From Pseudomonadales bacterium (lineage in GTDB: Bacteria; Pseudomonadota; Gammaproteobacteria; Pseudomonadales; CAWVSB01), in NCBI GenBank assembly GCA_046710535.1, contig JBKEHH010000013.1:3707-67706 (forward strand): a DNA stretch of 64,000 nt. Direction: 5' to 3'. The notes beneath the pieces are model-generated. The model was given only the letters and a program-made list of their open reading frames with translations. It searched no databases and was not told where the DNA came from. Shown here one piece after another: positions 49,030-60,391 of this stretch. A program made the translations under genes and the position numbers. Position 1 is the stretch's first letter; each line of letters begins with the position of its first letter.

Positions 49030-49617
49030 ATGAAACCAGCACTGAGCAAAATTATTATACTTGCCTGTTTAATATTAATTGCAAGCTGTGGCTTTCGCTT
49101 AAGAGGTAGCGGCGAGAGCTATATACTGTCGGAACAGCTAACAAACCTTGAACTTACTGGCAGTAATATAAATTCTGACTTGATGTATATGGTTCAAAAC
49201 AATCTTGCTGGCTCCGGCATTATTGTTAACGGTGATAAAACTAGTTTATATACTCTCATAGTCCTCGACCAAGGTATTACTGAGCGCAATACAACTTTTG
49301 GTGCAGATGCCAGAGCCACAGAAAGAGAAGTTAAAGCCAGGGCGCAGTTTACTCTTAAATCGAAAGACGGTGAATTCGTTTACGGGCCACATGATTTGGA
49401 AAACGAGCGCGTTTACAATTATGACGAAGGCAGCGTGAATTCAGCAGACCGCGAAAGAGATCTCATTGTTACTGAGCTTCGGCGCAATCTGGCCGATCAA
49501 ATTTTGCGTATGTTACAAACTGTGCAGTTGAATGGCGATGCTAAAGTTCATAGCACAAGTCCTGACAATCCGGCTGTCGACAAGCCAAACGAAGCGTCAT
49601 CTAGCGCTGCTAAATAA
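49030..49617 (+). CDS. lptE: LPS-assembly lipoprotein LptE
   Basis: Lipobox IASCGFRLRG, and the position between leuS and holA. Confidence 0.82.
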   Translation: MKPALSKIIILACLILIASCGFRLRGSGESYILSEQLTNLELTGSNINSDLMYMVQNNLAGSGIIVNGDKTSLYTLIVLDQGITERNTTFGADARATEREVKARAQFTLKSKDGEFVYGPHDLENERVYNYDEGSVNSADRERDLIVTELRRNLADQILRMLQTVQLNGDAKVHSTSPDNPAVDKPNEASSSAAK

Positions 49618-50634
49618 ATGAAAATAGCAGCGCAAAAACTCAGAGATCATATAGCCAAAGGTGGTGATAATGCTTATTGGATTTGTGGTGACGAAACCTT
49701 ATTAGTGCAAGAAAGCTGCGATCTTGTACGTGAGTATGCCAAGCAGCAAGGTTTCACTAACCGTGAAGTTTGGCATGTAGAGGCAGGCTTCGACTGGCAA
49801 GAAGTATTTAATAGCGCCAACAGTATGTCGCTATTTGGTGATCGTCAATTGTTAGAGCTAAGACTAGGCGCTGGCAAGCTCAATGCAAAAACAGTAGACG
49901 CAATTGCCAGCTACGTTAGCGACCCTAACCCCGACACACTATTACTGATAACTGGCCCAAAAATAGATGCGACCACTATGCGTGGTAAAAAGTTTGGCCC
50001 CATTGAACAAGCGATTACTATTGTTCAAGTATGGCCTATTGACGCACAGCAATTACCTGAATGGATATCTGCACGACTGCGCGCTAAAAATCTAACAGCA
50101 GACAGTGAAGCACTGAAAATTTTATGCGAACGCGTTGAAGGTAATTTACTTGCTGCTCAGCAGGAAATCGAAAAACTAGCGATGCTGAGCGAAGATACAC
50201 ATTTAGACGCCGAGGCAGTCATTTCTATTGTTGCCGATAACGCTAGATATGATGTATTTAATCTAGGCGACAAGGTGCTTTTAGGCGATACCAATGGCGC
50301 ATTAAAAACTCTACGCGGACTGCGAGCAGAAGGTACCGATGCAACCCAAATTTTATGGGTACTAGCCAAAGAAGTGCGTAATTTGGTCACTGTCAGTGAA
50401 CTCGCACAAACCAGCAATGTTGACGCTGCGTTAAAGCAAGCACATATTTATCAGCGCCAACAAGGACCAATAAAACAAGCACTTAGCCGTCACAGCCATA
50501 GCAGACTACAAGCCATGCTTAAGCTGTCTCATCAAATAGATTTAACCATTAAAGGTATGGCCGCGGGCAACCCTTGGGATGGTTTAGAGAAATTGATTTT
50601 ACGTCTGTCAGCTATACCTGCAAGGCAACGCTAA
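49618..50634 (+). CDS. holA: DNA polymerase III subunit delta
   Basis: Synteny after lptE, and the YWICGDETLLVQE start region typical of HolA. Confidence 0.88.
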   Translation: MKIAAQKLRDHIAKGGDNAYWICGDETLLVQESCDLVREYAKQQGFTNREVWHVEAGFDWQEVFNSANSMSLFGDRQLLELRLGAGKLNAKTVDAIASYVSDPNPDTLLLITGPKIDATTMRGKKFGPIEQAITIVQVWPIDAQQLPEWISARLRAKNLTADSEALKILCERVEGNLLAAQQEIEKLAMLSEDTHLDAEAVISIVADNARYDVFNLGDKVLLGDTNGALKTLRGLRAEGTDATQILWVLAKEVRNLVTVSELAQTSNVDAALKQAHIYQRQQGPIKQALSRHSHSRLQAMLKLSHQIDLTIKGMAAGNPWDGLEKLILRLSAIPARQR

Positions 50635-50638
50635 AGGC

Positions 50639-51706
50639 TCATAATTGATATATTTTGCCATCGTCAGTAGAAAAATAAACACGTGTATCAGGTGATTGGG
50701 CTACATGGCGCACACGCATTTTTGGGTTTTCGAATAAAGACTTTTGATCAATAACCACACCGCTGTGCAGAGTCAATTTTTTAAGGTGTGTATCGGACAA
50801 ACAAGCCAGCAATAGACTTTGGCTTTGACCATCATCAACAAAAGCTAATCCTGAAGGTGATACGCTCGGCGTCCAATAGACTAGCGGTTGTTCTAAACCA
50901 TCTTGTTCTCCAGGTCCGATTGAAGTGCCGATATAGTTTTTGCCATGAGTAATTAACGGCCAGCCATAATTTTTACCGGCTGTAACAGCATTTATTTCAT
51001 CACCGCCGCGCGGACCAAATTCAGCCACATAAATCTGCTTAGCGATCGGATCAAAAGTAATTCCCTGTGGATTCCTATGCCCTAAGGTCCAAATCTCTGC
51101 TAACGCATTTGAATTATCCATGAACGGATTTTCTGCTGCAGGCCTCCCGTCAAGAGTTAGGCGCAATACCTTACCATTGTGAACTGTAAGATCTTGGGCT
51201 AGTTTTCGCTCACCTCTGTCTCCGACAGTCATATAAATAGTGTCTTCAACGAATAATAAACGCGAGCCAAAATGCTTGCCCCCGCTAGATTCTGCCTTAG
51301 CGACAAACAGGTCCTTCCAAACTAAGGGTTTATCTACTGTGGCCACCGCGCGTGCTAGTGCAACAGTGATTTTTTGGGATTCAAGTTGCTTACTATAGGT
51401 AGCATAAAAATACCGCTTCCCTTCTATCTCAACGATTTTTACATCTAGTAGGCCGCCCTGACCCTTAGCTCTTACTTTAGGAGCAATAAGCTGACGTGAA
51501 GTATTTGATGCCAAATCTACCAAATGCAACTTGCCTGAGCGCTGACTAACTAATAGAGTTTTATCATCGAAAAAGTCAAAACCCCAAACAACGCCGCGGT
51601 CGTCGAATGAAAATACTTCTTTTGGCGCCGCATAGCTGAAAGTGGATGAAAAAATAACACAGCAGATGAGTAGTCTTATTATCATATGCATAGCTGTAGA
51701 TCTCAT
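50639..51706 (-). CDS. PQQ-dependent soluble sugar dehydrogenase (YliI/sorbosone dehydrogenase-like), secreted
   Basis: Signal peptide, GHRNPQGITFDP and YGWP blocks. Confidence 0.85.
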   Translation of the reverse strand: MRSTAMHMIIRLLICCVIFSSTFSYAAPKEVFSFDDRGVVWGFDFFDDKTLLVSQRSGKLHLVDLASNTSRQLIAPKVRAKGQGGLLDVKIVEIEGKRYFYATYSKQLESQKITVALARAVATVDKPLVWKDLFVAKAESSGGKHFGSRLLFVEDTIYMTVGDRGERKLAQDLTVHNGKVLRLTLDGRPAAENPFMDNSNALAEIWTLGHRNPQGITFDPIAKQIYVAEFGPRGGDEINAVTAGKNYGWPLITHGKNYIGTSIGPGEQDGLEQPLVYWTPSVSPSGLAFVDDGQSQSLLLACLSDTHLKKLTLHSGVVIDQKSLFENPKMRVRHVAQSPDTRVYFSTDDGKIYQL

Positions 51707-51751
51707 AAAATTATCTATTGCTTTATTTACGCATAAACATGACTGATTGGT

Positions 51752-52735
51752 CTACTTTAACAAGCTAATATCCACCTGTTTGTCAGCATGGTAAGAAGAA
51801 CGCACTAGCGGCCCACTTGCGACACTAACAAAACCCAATTCTTTGGCTATTCGGCCAAATTCATCGAACTCATCAGGATGAACAAAGCGAGCTACAGGCA
51901 AATGATCTTTACTCGGCTGCAGGTACTGACCAAGCGTAATCATATCGATATTGTGAGCACGCATATCCTTCATTACTTGAATCAACTCTGCTGGAGTTTC
52001 TCCCAAGCCAAGCATTAAACCAGACTTAGTTAATACTTCAGGACGCAACTGTTTATACTTTTTAAGCAAATCTAATGACCACTGATATTCACTGCCTGGA
52101 CGACACTGCTTATACAAACTAGGTACAGTTTCTAAGTTGTGGTTGAATACATCAGGCGCCTCAGCGGCTAATATTTCTAGCGCCACGTCCATTCGCCCAC
52201 GAAAATCTGGCACTAATACTTCTATTCTAATTGCAGGACTTAAACGTCTGGTTTCACTAATGCAATCAGCAAAATGTTGCGCACCACCATCGCGTAAATC
52301 ATCCCGATCTACCGACGTTACCACTACATATTTCAAACCCAGCTCGCTAATGGCTTCGGCCAGCTCTCTCGGCTCATCTTTATTTAACGCATTGGGACGA
52401 CCATGAGCCACATCACAAAAGGGACAGCGACGGGTACAAATATCACCCATAATCATAAAGGTCGCAGTGCCATTACTAAAGCACTCACCTAAATTAGGGC
52501 AGGCCGCTTCTTCACACACGCTAGATAGTTTGCGCTCACGTAGCATCGTCTTAATACGGTTTACTTCAGCTGAGATAGGTACCTTAACTCTGATCCAATC
52601 TGGCTTGCGCTGATACTCCGTCGTCGGAATAACCTTTATTGGAATACGTGATACTTTGTCTACCCCGCGCAACTTTTCGCCCTGCACAACCTTCTTACGG
52701 GTTTTAGTTTTATCAGTTTGAATAATATCGCTCAT
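51752..52735 (-). CDS. lipA: Lipoyl synthase
   Basis: [12 protein letters not shown] and radical-SAM CTRRCPFC motifs. Confidence 0.96.
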   Translation of the reverse strand: MSDIIQTDKTKTRKKVVQGEKLRGVDKVSRIPIKVIPTTEYQRKPDWIRVKVPISAEVNRIKTMLRERKLSSVCEEAACPNLGECFSNGTATFMIMGDICTRRCPFCDVAHGRPNALNKDEPRELAEAISELGLKYVVVTSVDRDDLRDGGAQHFADCISETRRLSPAIRIEVLVPDFRGRMDVALEILAAEAPDVFNHNLETVPSLYKQCRPGSEYQWSLDLLKKYKQLRPEVLTKSGLMLGLGETPAELIQVMKDMRAHNIDMITLGQYLQPSKDHLPVARFVHPDEFDEFGRIAKELGFVSVASGPLVRSSYHADKQVDISLLK

Positions 52736-52750
52736 ATCTTTACATCGCTG

Positions 52751-53431
52751 CTATGTGTCTTCCGAAGCCGGCAAACCGGAAATCTGTTGTAGGGAAGTAT
52801 AGCCCAGCCGCTGGCTAAGCTCTTGCACTAACTGTTCTCTTGCATGACTATTTCTATCAATATCCCAGCCATCCACTAAATCGGCCAGACGGCATATCTT
52901 TTGCCCCACATAGCCGCATGGGTTAATCCGCCCAAATGGTTCTAAATCCATGGTTAAATTAAGTGACAGGCCATGAAACGAACAGCCTTTGCGAATACGC
53001 ATACCAACTTGTGCCACTTTAGCACCGTCAACGTAAACACCGGGAGCCTTAGGGTCAGCTATACCAACAATTCCATAACTGGCTAACAAATCGACAATAG
53101 ACTCTTCAACCGCTGAAACTAAGGCTCGCACACCCAAATCTAGTCGTTTCAAATCAATCATCACATAGATAACTAACTGGCCAGGGCCGTGATAAGTCAC
53201 TTGACCGCCTCGGTCTACTTGAATAACTGGAATATCGCCTGGCGCCAAAACGTGCTCAGCCTTACCGGCTTGGCCTTGAGTAAAAACAGGAGGGTGTTCC
53301 AGCAACCAAAGCTGGTCTAATGTCTTCTCGTTGCGCTGATCAGTAAAATCGCGCATCGCATCCCATACTCTCCGATAATCACAATCAACGCCTAAATCCC
53401 TAATAACTAACGAGGACGGATTAGCTGACAC
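52751..53431 (-). CDS. lipB: Octanoyltransferase
   Basis: [15 protein letters not shown], and NPCGY with the catalytic Cys. Confidence 0.93.
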   Translation of the reverse strand: MSANPSSLVIRDLGVDCDYRRVWDAMRDFTDQRNEKTLDQLWLLEHPPVFTQGQAGKAEHVLAPGDIPVIQVDRGGQVTYHGPGQLVIYVMIDLKRLDLGVRALVSAVEESIVDLLASYGIVGIADPKAPGVYVDGAKVAQVGMRIRKGCSFHGLSLNLTMDLEPFGRINPCGYVGQKICRLADLVDGWDIDRNSHAREQLVQELSQRLGYTSLQQISGLPASEDT

Positions 53432-53437
53432 GACTTT

Positions 53438-53719
53438 TCACAGAATCATTTTCACGCCATCGGCGGCTTTGACGTCGCGATGAATAGCGTGAAGATGCTC
53501 AACACTGGTGGTAACAAAAGTGATATTAACTGATACGAAACGCCCTTTACTACTCGGGCGCACGTCAGGTTCTTGAATACTATCTGCGGCGTGCACTTCA
53601 ATAATTTGATGAATTCGCACAGCAAAATCATCGGTCGCATTGCCAACAACCTTAATGGTGTAAGTTGATGGAAAATCCATCAACTCCTCTAGCGGTGACA
53701 TACCTGTTGAATCAGTCAT
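53438..53719 (-). CDS. ybeD: YbeD/DUF493 family protein
   Basis: FPSTYTIKVVG...PSSKGRFVSVNITF, located between dacA and lipB as in enterics. Confidence 0.85.
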   Translation of the reverse strand: MTDSTGMSPLEELMDFPSTYTIKVVGNATDDFAVRIHQIIEVHAADSIQEPDVRPSSKGRFVSVNITFVTTSVEHLHAIHRDVKAADGVKMIL

Positions 53720-53726
53720 TAATCAT

Positions 53727-54896
53727 TCAGCTCAAACCTAAGAAACTTTGAAAGAACAACCATACACCATGCCATAAGCGTTTAAACAAACCGCCTTCTT
53801 CAATGCCTGCCTGAGCAACAAGTGGCGCAGTGTACAGCTCTTCACCATCAAGCGTAATACTTAGCTCACCGTACTCAGCTCCTTTCAATACTGGCGCTTT
53901 TACTGCGCTATCGATAGACATCATCGCTTCAATATCTTGGTGACGGCCTCGGGGGATCGTTAAACTAATTGATTTGCTTACGCCTAATTTTACTATGTCT
54001 TCAGCGCCGCCCCACACTTTAGCAGAGCTTAACTCAGTACCTGGCGCATAAAGTGTATGTGTTTCATAAAAACGGAAACCGTAAGCCAAAAGCCGCTGCG
54101 TATCGCGCTCACGCGCAGCGGAGCTTTTGGTACCCATTACAACAGAAATTAAACGCATATCGTTTTTCTTAGCTGACGCAACCAAACCATAGCCAGCTTC
54201 TTGGGTATGCCCAGTTTTCAACCCATCCACCGACGGGTCACGCCATAGCAAACGATTGCGATTAGGCTGCCTGATCTGGTTATAGGTAAATTCACGTTCT
54301 TTATAGATTGCATAATCTTCAGGATAATTTTTAATAATCGCTTTAGCCAACAATGACAAATCATATGCAGAACTATATTGGTCGTCCGCCGGTAAACCAT
54401 GAGAATTTTTAAACCGGGTATCTTTCATACCCAACAACTCAGCATGCTTATTCATCAAATTGGCAAATTCAGCTTCGTTGCCAGCCAGATATTCGGCCAC
54501 GGCCACGCTGGCATCATTGCCAGATGAAATAATAACGCCACGATGAAGATCAGCTAACTTGACTTGCTTACCAACTTCTATCCACATTAGGCTAGAACCA
54601 TTAAACACTGGATTTTGTGCCCACGCAGCTTCACTAATCGTAACCATGTCAGATTCATCAACACGACCAGCCGCTAGTTCTGCAGACAGCACATAACTGG
54701 TCATCATTTTCGTTAAGCTGGCAGGAGGAAGCTGTTCGTGGCTATTTTTATCAACCAATATCTGCCCACTATCAGCATCTATTAATATATAACCAGTAGC
54801 GCTCAGCGCCGGTGGTGCAGGTATAACTGCTGCCTGCACGCTAAGCGATGCGGCAACAACTAAGAACAATAGGTATGATGGTATCTTTTTAAGCAT
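53727..54896 (-). CDS. dacA: D-alanyl-D-alanine carboxypeptidase (PBP5/6 family)
   Basis: Signal peptide; SLTKMMT (SxxK), SGND (SxN), KTGHT (KTG). Confidence 0.92.
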   Translation of the reverse strand: MLKKIPSYLLFLVVAASLSVQAAVIPAPPALSATGYILIDADSGQILVDKNSHEQLPPASLTKMMTSYVLSAELAAGRVDESDMVTISEAAWAQNPVFNGSSLMWIEVGKQVKLADLHRGVIISSGNDASVAVAEYLAGNEAEFANLMNKHAELLGMKDTRFKNSHGLPADDQYSSAYDLSLLAKAIIKNYPEDYAIYKEREFTYNQIRQPNRNRLLWRDPSVDGLKTGHTQEAGYGLVASAKKNDMRLISVVMGTKSSAARERDTQRLLAYGFRFYETHTLYAPGTELSSAKVWGGAEDIVKLGVSKSISLTIPRGRHQDIEAMMSIDSAVKAPVLKGAEYGELSITLDGEELYTAPLVAQAGIEEGGLFKRLWHGVWLFFQSFLGLS

Positions 54897-55020
54897 AATC
54901 TCTGTGTATAAGTTTTAAAGGTTAATTAATAGTCTGTTTTTGTTTTTTTAAACTAGCCCAATTGTAACACGCAAGAGTGATAACTAGAGTGTCTAAGAGT
55001 AACTAGAGCGTTAAGACCGC

Positions 55021-55863
55021 TTATTCATGAATTAATTCAGCTTTACCTAGCTCGGCAAACAGCAACATTACGGCGATAGTGTCGGCTTCATCATTATTAG
55101 CTAGGGGGCCAATTTTCACTCGATAATCATTCCCTACCCGATCGATAAGCACGGAGTGTTCCACTAACTCAGTTAAAGCACGTCTCAACTCACTAGCATC
55201 GTTATAATTATCAAACTTATTTATGCTTAACCAAGGCTTGCTAGCAATACTCTTGGCTAGCGGCTTGTCTACCTTAGCGACCATATCTGTAGAGGCTGAT
55301 TTTTTAGCTCGATGAAATGCTTTCACATCAATCGTTTCCACCTCAACATTGGCAACACCACTGCCAATATAACCAAGCTTTGTTGCTGCTGCGTAGGACA
55401 GATCAATAATCCGCTCAGAGTGAAATGGGCCTCTGTCGTTCACCCTAACAATAGTGGCTTTACCGTTGCTCAAGTTAGTCACTTTGACATAACTGGGTAT
55501 GGGCAGAGTTTTATGCGCAGCGGTCATCCCATACATGTTGTAAATTTCGCCATTGGAGGTCGTATGGCCGTGAAATTTCTTACCGTACCAAGATGCCCCA
55601 CCCCGTTCTTTATACCCTTTAGCAGAAGATAATAAAGAATAGGTTTTTCCTAAAACAGTGTAAGGATTTTTATTTCCGGCCTTTAGTATTGGATCCTCAC
55701 GCGGCACTGCATCCTTTATTTCACTAGGATCCATATGCGAGTCAGGGCCATAATCTTGCTGAATAGCATAACGCCCGCCACCACTTTTATAACTACCACC
55801 GCAGGAAATTAACGCCAGCACGCTGAAAAAAATCAGCGCTGATTTAACCCAACTATGACCCAT
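55021..55863 (-). CDS. rlpA: Septal ring lytic transglycosylase RlpA with a C-terminal SPOR domain
   Basis: Lipobox LISCGG. DPBB core (ASWYGKKFHGHTTSNGEIYNMYGMTAAHKTLPIPSYVKVTNL..VRVNDRGPF). Confidence 0.9.
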   Translation of the reverse strand: MGHSWVKSALIFFSVLALISCGGSYKSGGGRYAIQQDYGPDSHMDPSEIKDAVPREDPILKAGNKNPYTVLGKTYSLLSSAKGYKERGGASWYGKKFHGHTTSNGEIYNMYGMTAAHKTLPIPSYVKVTNLSNGKATIVRVNDRGPFHSERIIDLSYAAATKLGYIGSGVANVEVETIDVKAFHRAKKSASTDMVAKVDKPLAKSIASKPWLSINKFDNYNDASELRRALTELVEHSVLIDRVGNDYRVKIGPLANNDEADTIAVMLLFAELGKAELIHE

Positions 55864-56890
55864 TCGCGGCCGCTTTAATTTCTTGGCTTAAATGATAGGT
55901 CGCCATGGCATATTTTTGTCTCGGATTGTAACGGCTAATAACATAAAAATTAGTCAATCCTATCCAATACTCCTCACCGTTTACACCACTAAAGCGCATC
56001 GCAATAGCTTTTGCCGCAGGCTCATAGGCTACTGTAGAGAGATAACCAAGTTCAGCTAGTTCAGCAATTGTCTTACTAGGCCTTAAACTACGGTTAGCTT
56101 CTTCCTTATCATAGCCCTCAACGACAACTGCTGGTGCAGAAACAGACCCACCACTGATCCAACCATGATGTTTGAAATAATTAGCCACACTGCCAATAGC
56201 ATCCACTGGGTTAAACAAATCAGTAATGCCATCGCTATCAAAATCAACCGCCAATGTGCGGTAGTTACTAGGCATAAATTGCCCCAAACCCATCGCACCA
56301 GCATAAGACCCTAACTGCTGATCGGCCTGCCAGTCGCGCTCTCTCACTAACAGCAAATAATTTTCTAACTCTGAGGTGAAATATGGCGAGCGTCGCGGAT
56401 GCTCGAAGGCCAAAGTAGACAATGAATTCAACACGTTAGCCTTGCCGGTATAGCTTCCGTAGTTTGTTTCAACACCAATAATCGCCGTAATAACTTCTGG
56501 CGGCACACCATATTCTTGCTCGGCCCTAGCTAAAGCTTCGCTATGCTTTTGCATAAACGCGATACCCTGTCTTACCCGCAGATCAGTGATGAAATGAGGA
56601 CGATATTCAGACCAAGGCTTTACTTTTTCAGCGGCATTATTCATAGAGTCCAGAATTCGGTTATCCCGGCTCGCACTGGTAAAGATTTTTTCTAGTTCAG
56701 TACGATCATAGTCATACTTAGCTACCATTTTATCCATTAGGGCTTGGGCTTTAGAATTTTCAGTGTAATCAGCAAGTGTTGAGCTAGCTCCACCAATAAC
56801 CGCAGCCGTTAATACAACCCCTAAGATGTTTTTCGTCTTACGCAACAACAATTCTCTTCTCCTCTGTGCTAATAGACATAAGGCATCCAA
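55853..56890 (-). CDS. mltB: Lytic murein transglycosylase B (start uncertain; three TTG codons at 56851-56843 are alternatives)
   Basis: IIGVETNYG, GAMGLGQFMPS, DGITDLFNPVDAIGSVANYF. Confidence 0.88.
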   Translation of the reverse strand: MDALCLLAQRRRELLLRKTKNILGVVLTAAVIGGASSTLADYTENSKAQALMDKMVAKYDYDRTELEKIFTSASRDNRILDSMNNAAEKVKPWSEYRPHFITDLRVRQGIAFMQKHSEALARAEQEYGVPPEVITAIIGVETNYGSYTGKANVLNSLSTLAFEHPRRSPYFTSELENYLLLVRERDWQADQQLGSYAGAMGLGQFMPSNYRTLAVDFDSDGITDLFNPVDAIGSVANYFKHHGWISGGSVSAPAVVVEGYDKEEANRSLRPSKTIAELAELGYLSTVAYEPAAKAIAMRFSGVNGEEYWIGLTNFYVISRYNPRQKYAMATYHLSQEIKAAANGS

Positions 56891-57986
56891 AGCCTGCCAT
56901 TAGCGTCACAATTGCGGTACCACCTTGGCTGACCAATGGCAGCGGAACGCCTACCACTGGTAACAAGCCTGCTACCATACCCATATTCACACAAACATAA
57001 ACAAAAAACGTTAAGGTAATACTACCTGCCAATAAGCGCGCAAAACATTGCTGCGCTCGCAGGGCAATTAGTAAGCCTCTACCGATAATTAACAAGTACA
57101 CAAACAACAAACACAGCACACCAATCAAGCCAAATTCTTCGGCCAGTACTGCAATAATAAAGTCGGTATGGCTTTCAGGCAGAAAGTCCAACCGCGACTG
57201 AGTCCCCTGCAGCCAACCTTTGCCTTCCAAACCCCCCGACCCGATTGCCGTTTTAGACTGAATAATATTCCAACCGGCGCCTAATTTATCGCTTTCAGGG
57301 TTCAGTAGTGTTAGCACCCGCTGACGCTGATAGTCATGCAATACGTATTTCCACGCCGGATAGATGGCCGCTAACACACAAAAGAATGCGCCGAATATTA
57401 AGCGCCAGCGAACACCGGCAAAAAACAATACAAACACCCCCGACGATGCAATCAAGATCGCCGTACCAAGGTCCGGCTGCTTAAATACCAATGCCGCTGG
57501 AATCCCTAGCAATAACAATGTCACAACAATATGTTTAAAACTAGGCGGTAGCGCGCGCTTAGCCAAATACCATGCAACAGTCATCGGGACTAATAATTTC
57601 ATAACCTCTGATGGCTGAAACCGTATACCTGGTAACTCCAACCAGCGCTGCGCACCTTTGGCACCAACACCAACCAGCAGTACGGCAACTAATAAACCGA
57701 TTCCAGCCAAATACACCCACGGCGCCCAGCGCTGATAAAAGCTGGCATCAAACTGGGCGACAGCAATCATCACTATATAAGCCACAGTGAAAAAGGTGAT
57801 CTGCCGCTTCATGGTAGAAAGATCCATACCACTAGCGCTGTATAAGACAAATAAACCACCAAACGTCAGTATTAGCAGCAGTATTAGCAGTGGGATATCA
57901 ATACTGAAACGTGACGACAAAGAGGCGCGGCGAGCAAAAGCTTCGTCCGAACCGGGCATACGTCTTAAGAAGTCCTCTTGCGCCAT
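56838..57986 (-). CDS. mrdB: Peptidoglycan glycosyltransferase RodA (SEDS family)
   Basis: SEDS blocks QPSEVMKL, PDLGTA, LPESHTDFI, GVPLPLVSQGGTA. Confidence 0.94.
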   Translation of the reverse strand: MAQEDFLRRMPGSDEAFARRASLSSRFSIDIPLLILLLILTFGGLFVLYSASGMDLSTMKRQITFFTVAYIVMIAVAQFDASFYQRWAPWVYLAGIGLLVAVLLVGVGAKGAQRWLELPGIRFQPSEVMKLLVPMTVAWYLAKRALPPSFKHIVVTLLLLGIPAALVFKQPDLGTAILIASSGVFVLFFAGVRWRLIFGAFFCVLAAIYPAWKYVLHDYQRQRVLTLLNPESDKLGAGWNIIQSKTAIGSGGLEGKGWLQGTQSRLDFLPESHTDFIIAVLAEEFGLIGVLCLLFVYLLIIGRGLLIALRAQQCFARLLAGSITLTFFVYVCVNMGMVAGLLPVVGVPLPLVSQGGTAIVTLMAGFGCLMSISTEEKRIVVA

Positions 57987-58020
57987 AACTAAGGAACTCC
58001 GCTTGTTTTAATCACTACTT

Positions 58021-59892
58021 TCATTGAGCAGATGCCACTCTATTGTATTTCGCTTTAGGCTTGCCATCTTGACCAAGGATGTAAGCATCCGTCACTTTGC
58101 GTGCTATCGGTACCGCTGCCGATGAACCATCGCCATTCTCTACTATAACGGCCACCGCAATAACCGGGTCTTCAAGCGGCGCGAAACCTATATACAAACC
58201 ATGATCCCAATTACGTTTATTAATTTTAGTAACATCATATTCTTCATCTTGAGCGATACCAATAACTTGCGACGTGCCTGTTTTGCCCGCCGCCTTATAT
58301 TGCATATTTCTAGATTTACTATGCGCAGTTCCTCTCGGCGCATGAACTACCGCCTCCATCGCGTCAAAAATAAGATCCCAATGACTCTCTTTCACTAGAT
58401 TAAAGCGCTCGCCTTCACGTTTAATTGGCACTTCACCAGATACCGATTTTAATATTTGCGGAGTATGCTTTAAGCCTTTACTCGCAATCGCCGCTGCTGC
58501 TACTGCCAACTGCAGAGGCGTAGTCAGCATATAGCCTTGGCCAATACCGACATTTAGGGTTTCACCCGGAAACCAAACCTGATTTTTAGCCCGCCGCTTC
58601 CATTCGCTAGATGGCAAGATACCGGTTTTTTCATTAAATAAATCTATTCCGGTGCGAGCGCCCAAACCAAACTTCGCTGAAAAGTCATGCATTCGGTCGA
58701 TACCCATTTTATTAGCAAGATGATAAAAATAAACATCACAAGATTGCTCAATGGCCAGATGTAAATCTACTTTATTGCCATGGCCATGTTTTTTCCAATC
58801 CCGAAAGCGCCTTTCATCAGTGGGTAATTGAAACCAACCAGGATCTTTTACAATGGTTGAAGGCTCCATCAAATTATATTCAAGCCCGGCCAAGCCAACA
58901 ATAGGCTTAATAGTAGAACCAGGTGGGTACTGCCCTTGGAGAGCGCGATTGAACAGTGGTAAATCTAAAGATTTATTCAAACTATCGTAGTCGGTATTAC
59001 TAATACCATTAACAAATAAATTGGGATCAAAGCTAGGAGTACTAACTAAGGCTATGACACCACCAGTTTTTGGGTCAATGGCCACAACTGCCCCACGCTG
59101 ACCCTCTAATGCATTAGCGGCAGCTTCTTGCACCCTTGAGTCAAGATTTAAAATCAAGTCACTACCGGGCTTTGGTTCGACCCGGTCCAACACTCGCAGC
59201 ACTCTACCTAGCGCATTAGTTTCTACGTTTTCATAACCTACCTCACCATGTAAAATGTTTTCATAATATTTTTCTAAGCCAGACTTACCAATGTAATTAG
59301 TCCCCGCATAGCTTTGTTTATCTATGCGCGCTGCTTCAGCTGGATTAATTCGACCGACATAACCAGATACATGCGCAAACAATTCGCCCTTAGGGTAAAA
59401 ACGTTTCGCTAACGCTTCCACCTCGACACCCGCAAATTTATGCCTATTAACAGCCATTAAGGCTATATCTTCTTCATTGAGCTGAAACTTTAAGGCAATA
59501 GATTGGAACGGACGACGTCCTTTAGAGTTTTTGTGAAAACCTTCGATTTGCTCTTCACTCAAGTCCAATAAATCTTTTAACTGCGCCAATGTTGTCGCGA
59601 GGTCATCTACCCGCTCGCGCACAATCGCCAACTGATAACTGGGCCGATTTTCAGCCAATAATATACCATTGCGATCAAAGATCAGGCCGCGCATTGGTGG
59701 CACTGGCCTAAGTTGAACTCGGTTGCGTTCAGATTGAGTCTGATAGCTCTGATAGTTGGTGATTTGCAAACTATAATAGCGATAAGCCAACCCAGAAAAC
59801 GCCGCCGACAGTAGCAGTACAATAATCATTAACCGATTGAAAAAAATCGCTTTTTCTTTGTGTGGGTCTTTTATCGCTGCCGGACTTGCCAT
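58021..59892 (-). CDS. mrdA: Penicillin-binding protein 2 (elongasome transpeptidase)
   Basis: RG.I.DRNG dimer domain; STIKP (SxxK), SCD (SxD/N), KTGTSQ (KTG). Confidence 0.94.
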   Translation of the reverse strand: MASPAAIKDPHKEKAIFFNRLMIIVLLLSAAFSGLAYRYYSLQITNYQSYQTQSERNRVQLRPVPPMRGLIFDRNGILLAENRPSYQLAIVRERVDDLATTLAQLKDLLDLSEEQIEGFHKNSKGRRPFQSIALKFQLNEEDIALMAVNRHKFAGVEVEALAKRFYPKGELFAHVSGYVGRINPAEAARIDKQSYAGTNYIGKSGLEKYYENILHGEVGYENVETNALGRVLRVLDRVEPKPGSDLILNLDSRVQEAAANALEGQRGAVVAIDPKTGGVIALVSTPSFDPNLFVNGISNTDYDSLNKSLDLPLFNRALQGQYPPGSTIKPIVGLAGLEYNLMEPSTIVKDPGWFQLPTDERRFRDWKKHGHGNKVDLHLAIEQSCDVYFYHLANKMGIDRMHDFSAKFGLGARTGIDLFNEKTGILPSSEWKRRAKNQVWFPGETLNVGIGQGYMLTTPLQLAVAAAAIASKGLKHTPQILKSVSGEVPIKREGERFNLVKESHWDLIFDAMEAVVHAPRGTAHSKSRNMQYKAAGKTGTSQVIGIAQDEEYDVTKINKRNWDHGLYIGFAPLEDPVIAVAVIVENGDGSSAAVPIARKVTDAYILGQDGKPKAKYNRVASAQ

Positions 59893-59923
59893 CGTTTGTT
59901 ATTGTCTCTGCCGTGTCGTTAGC

Positions 59924-60391
59924 TTAGCGATGATACGGATGCCCCTGGGTAATCGTCCAAGCGCGATAAATTTGTTCTGCCAGTATAACTCTAACCATCG
60001 GATGCGGCAGCGTTAACGCCGACAACGACAGCTTTTGCGCACTAGCATTTAATACTGCTTTCGACAGACCATCTGGCCCGCCAACAACTAATGCAACGTC
60101 AGACCCATCCATGCGCCAATCGTTCAGCTTTTGGGCCAGATTTTCGGTACTAAAAGACTTGCCCAACACATCTAAGGAAACCAATTTAGCCCCTTTCGGA
60201 CAAGCCATTAAAATCGCCTTGCCTTCTTGATCTACCAATTTAGTCACTGAGCTGGATTTACCGCGTTTAGCTGTAGGTACTTCGATCACCTGCAGGCTTA
60301 TTTCACCTTGCAGGCGTTTTGTGTACTCACCAACTGCAGTCTCCACCCATGCTGGCATTTTTGTTCCCACTGCCAACAGATATACTTTCAT
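59924..60391 (-). CDS. rlmH: 23S rRNA (pseudouridine1915-N3)-methyltransferase
   Basis: SPOUT fold; ends HPYHR. 4-nt overlap with rsfS. Confidence 0.94.
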   Translation of the reverse strand: MKVYLLAVGTKMPAWVETAVGEYTKRLQGEISLQVIEVPTAKRGKSSSVTKLVDQEGKAILMACPKGAKLVSLDVLGKSFSTENLAQKLNDWRMDGSDVALVVGGPDGLSKAVLNASAQKLSLSALTLPHPMVRVILAEQIYRAWTITQGHPYHR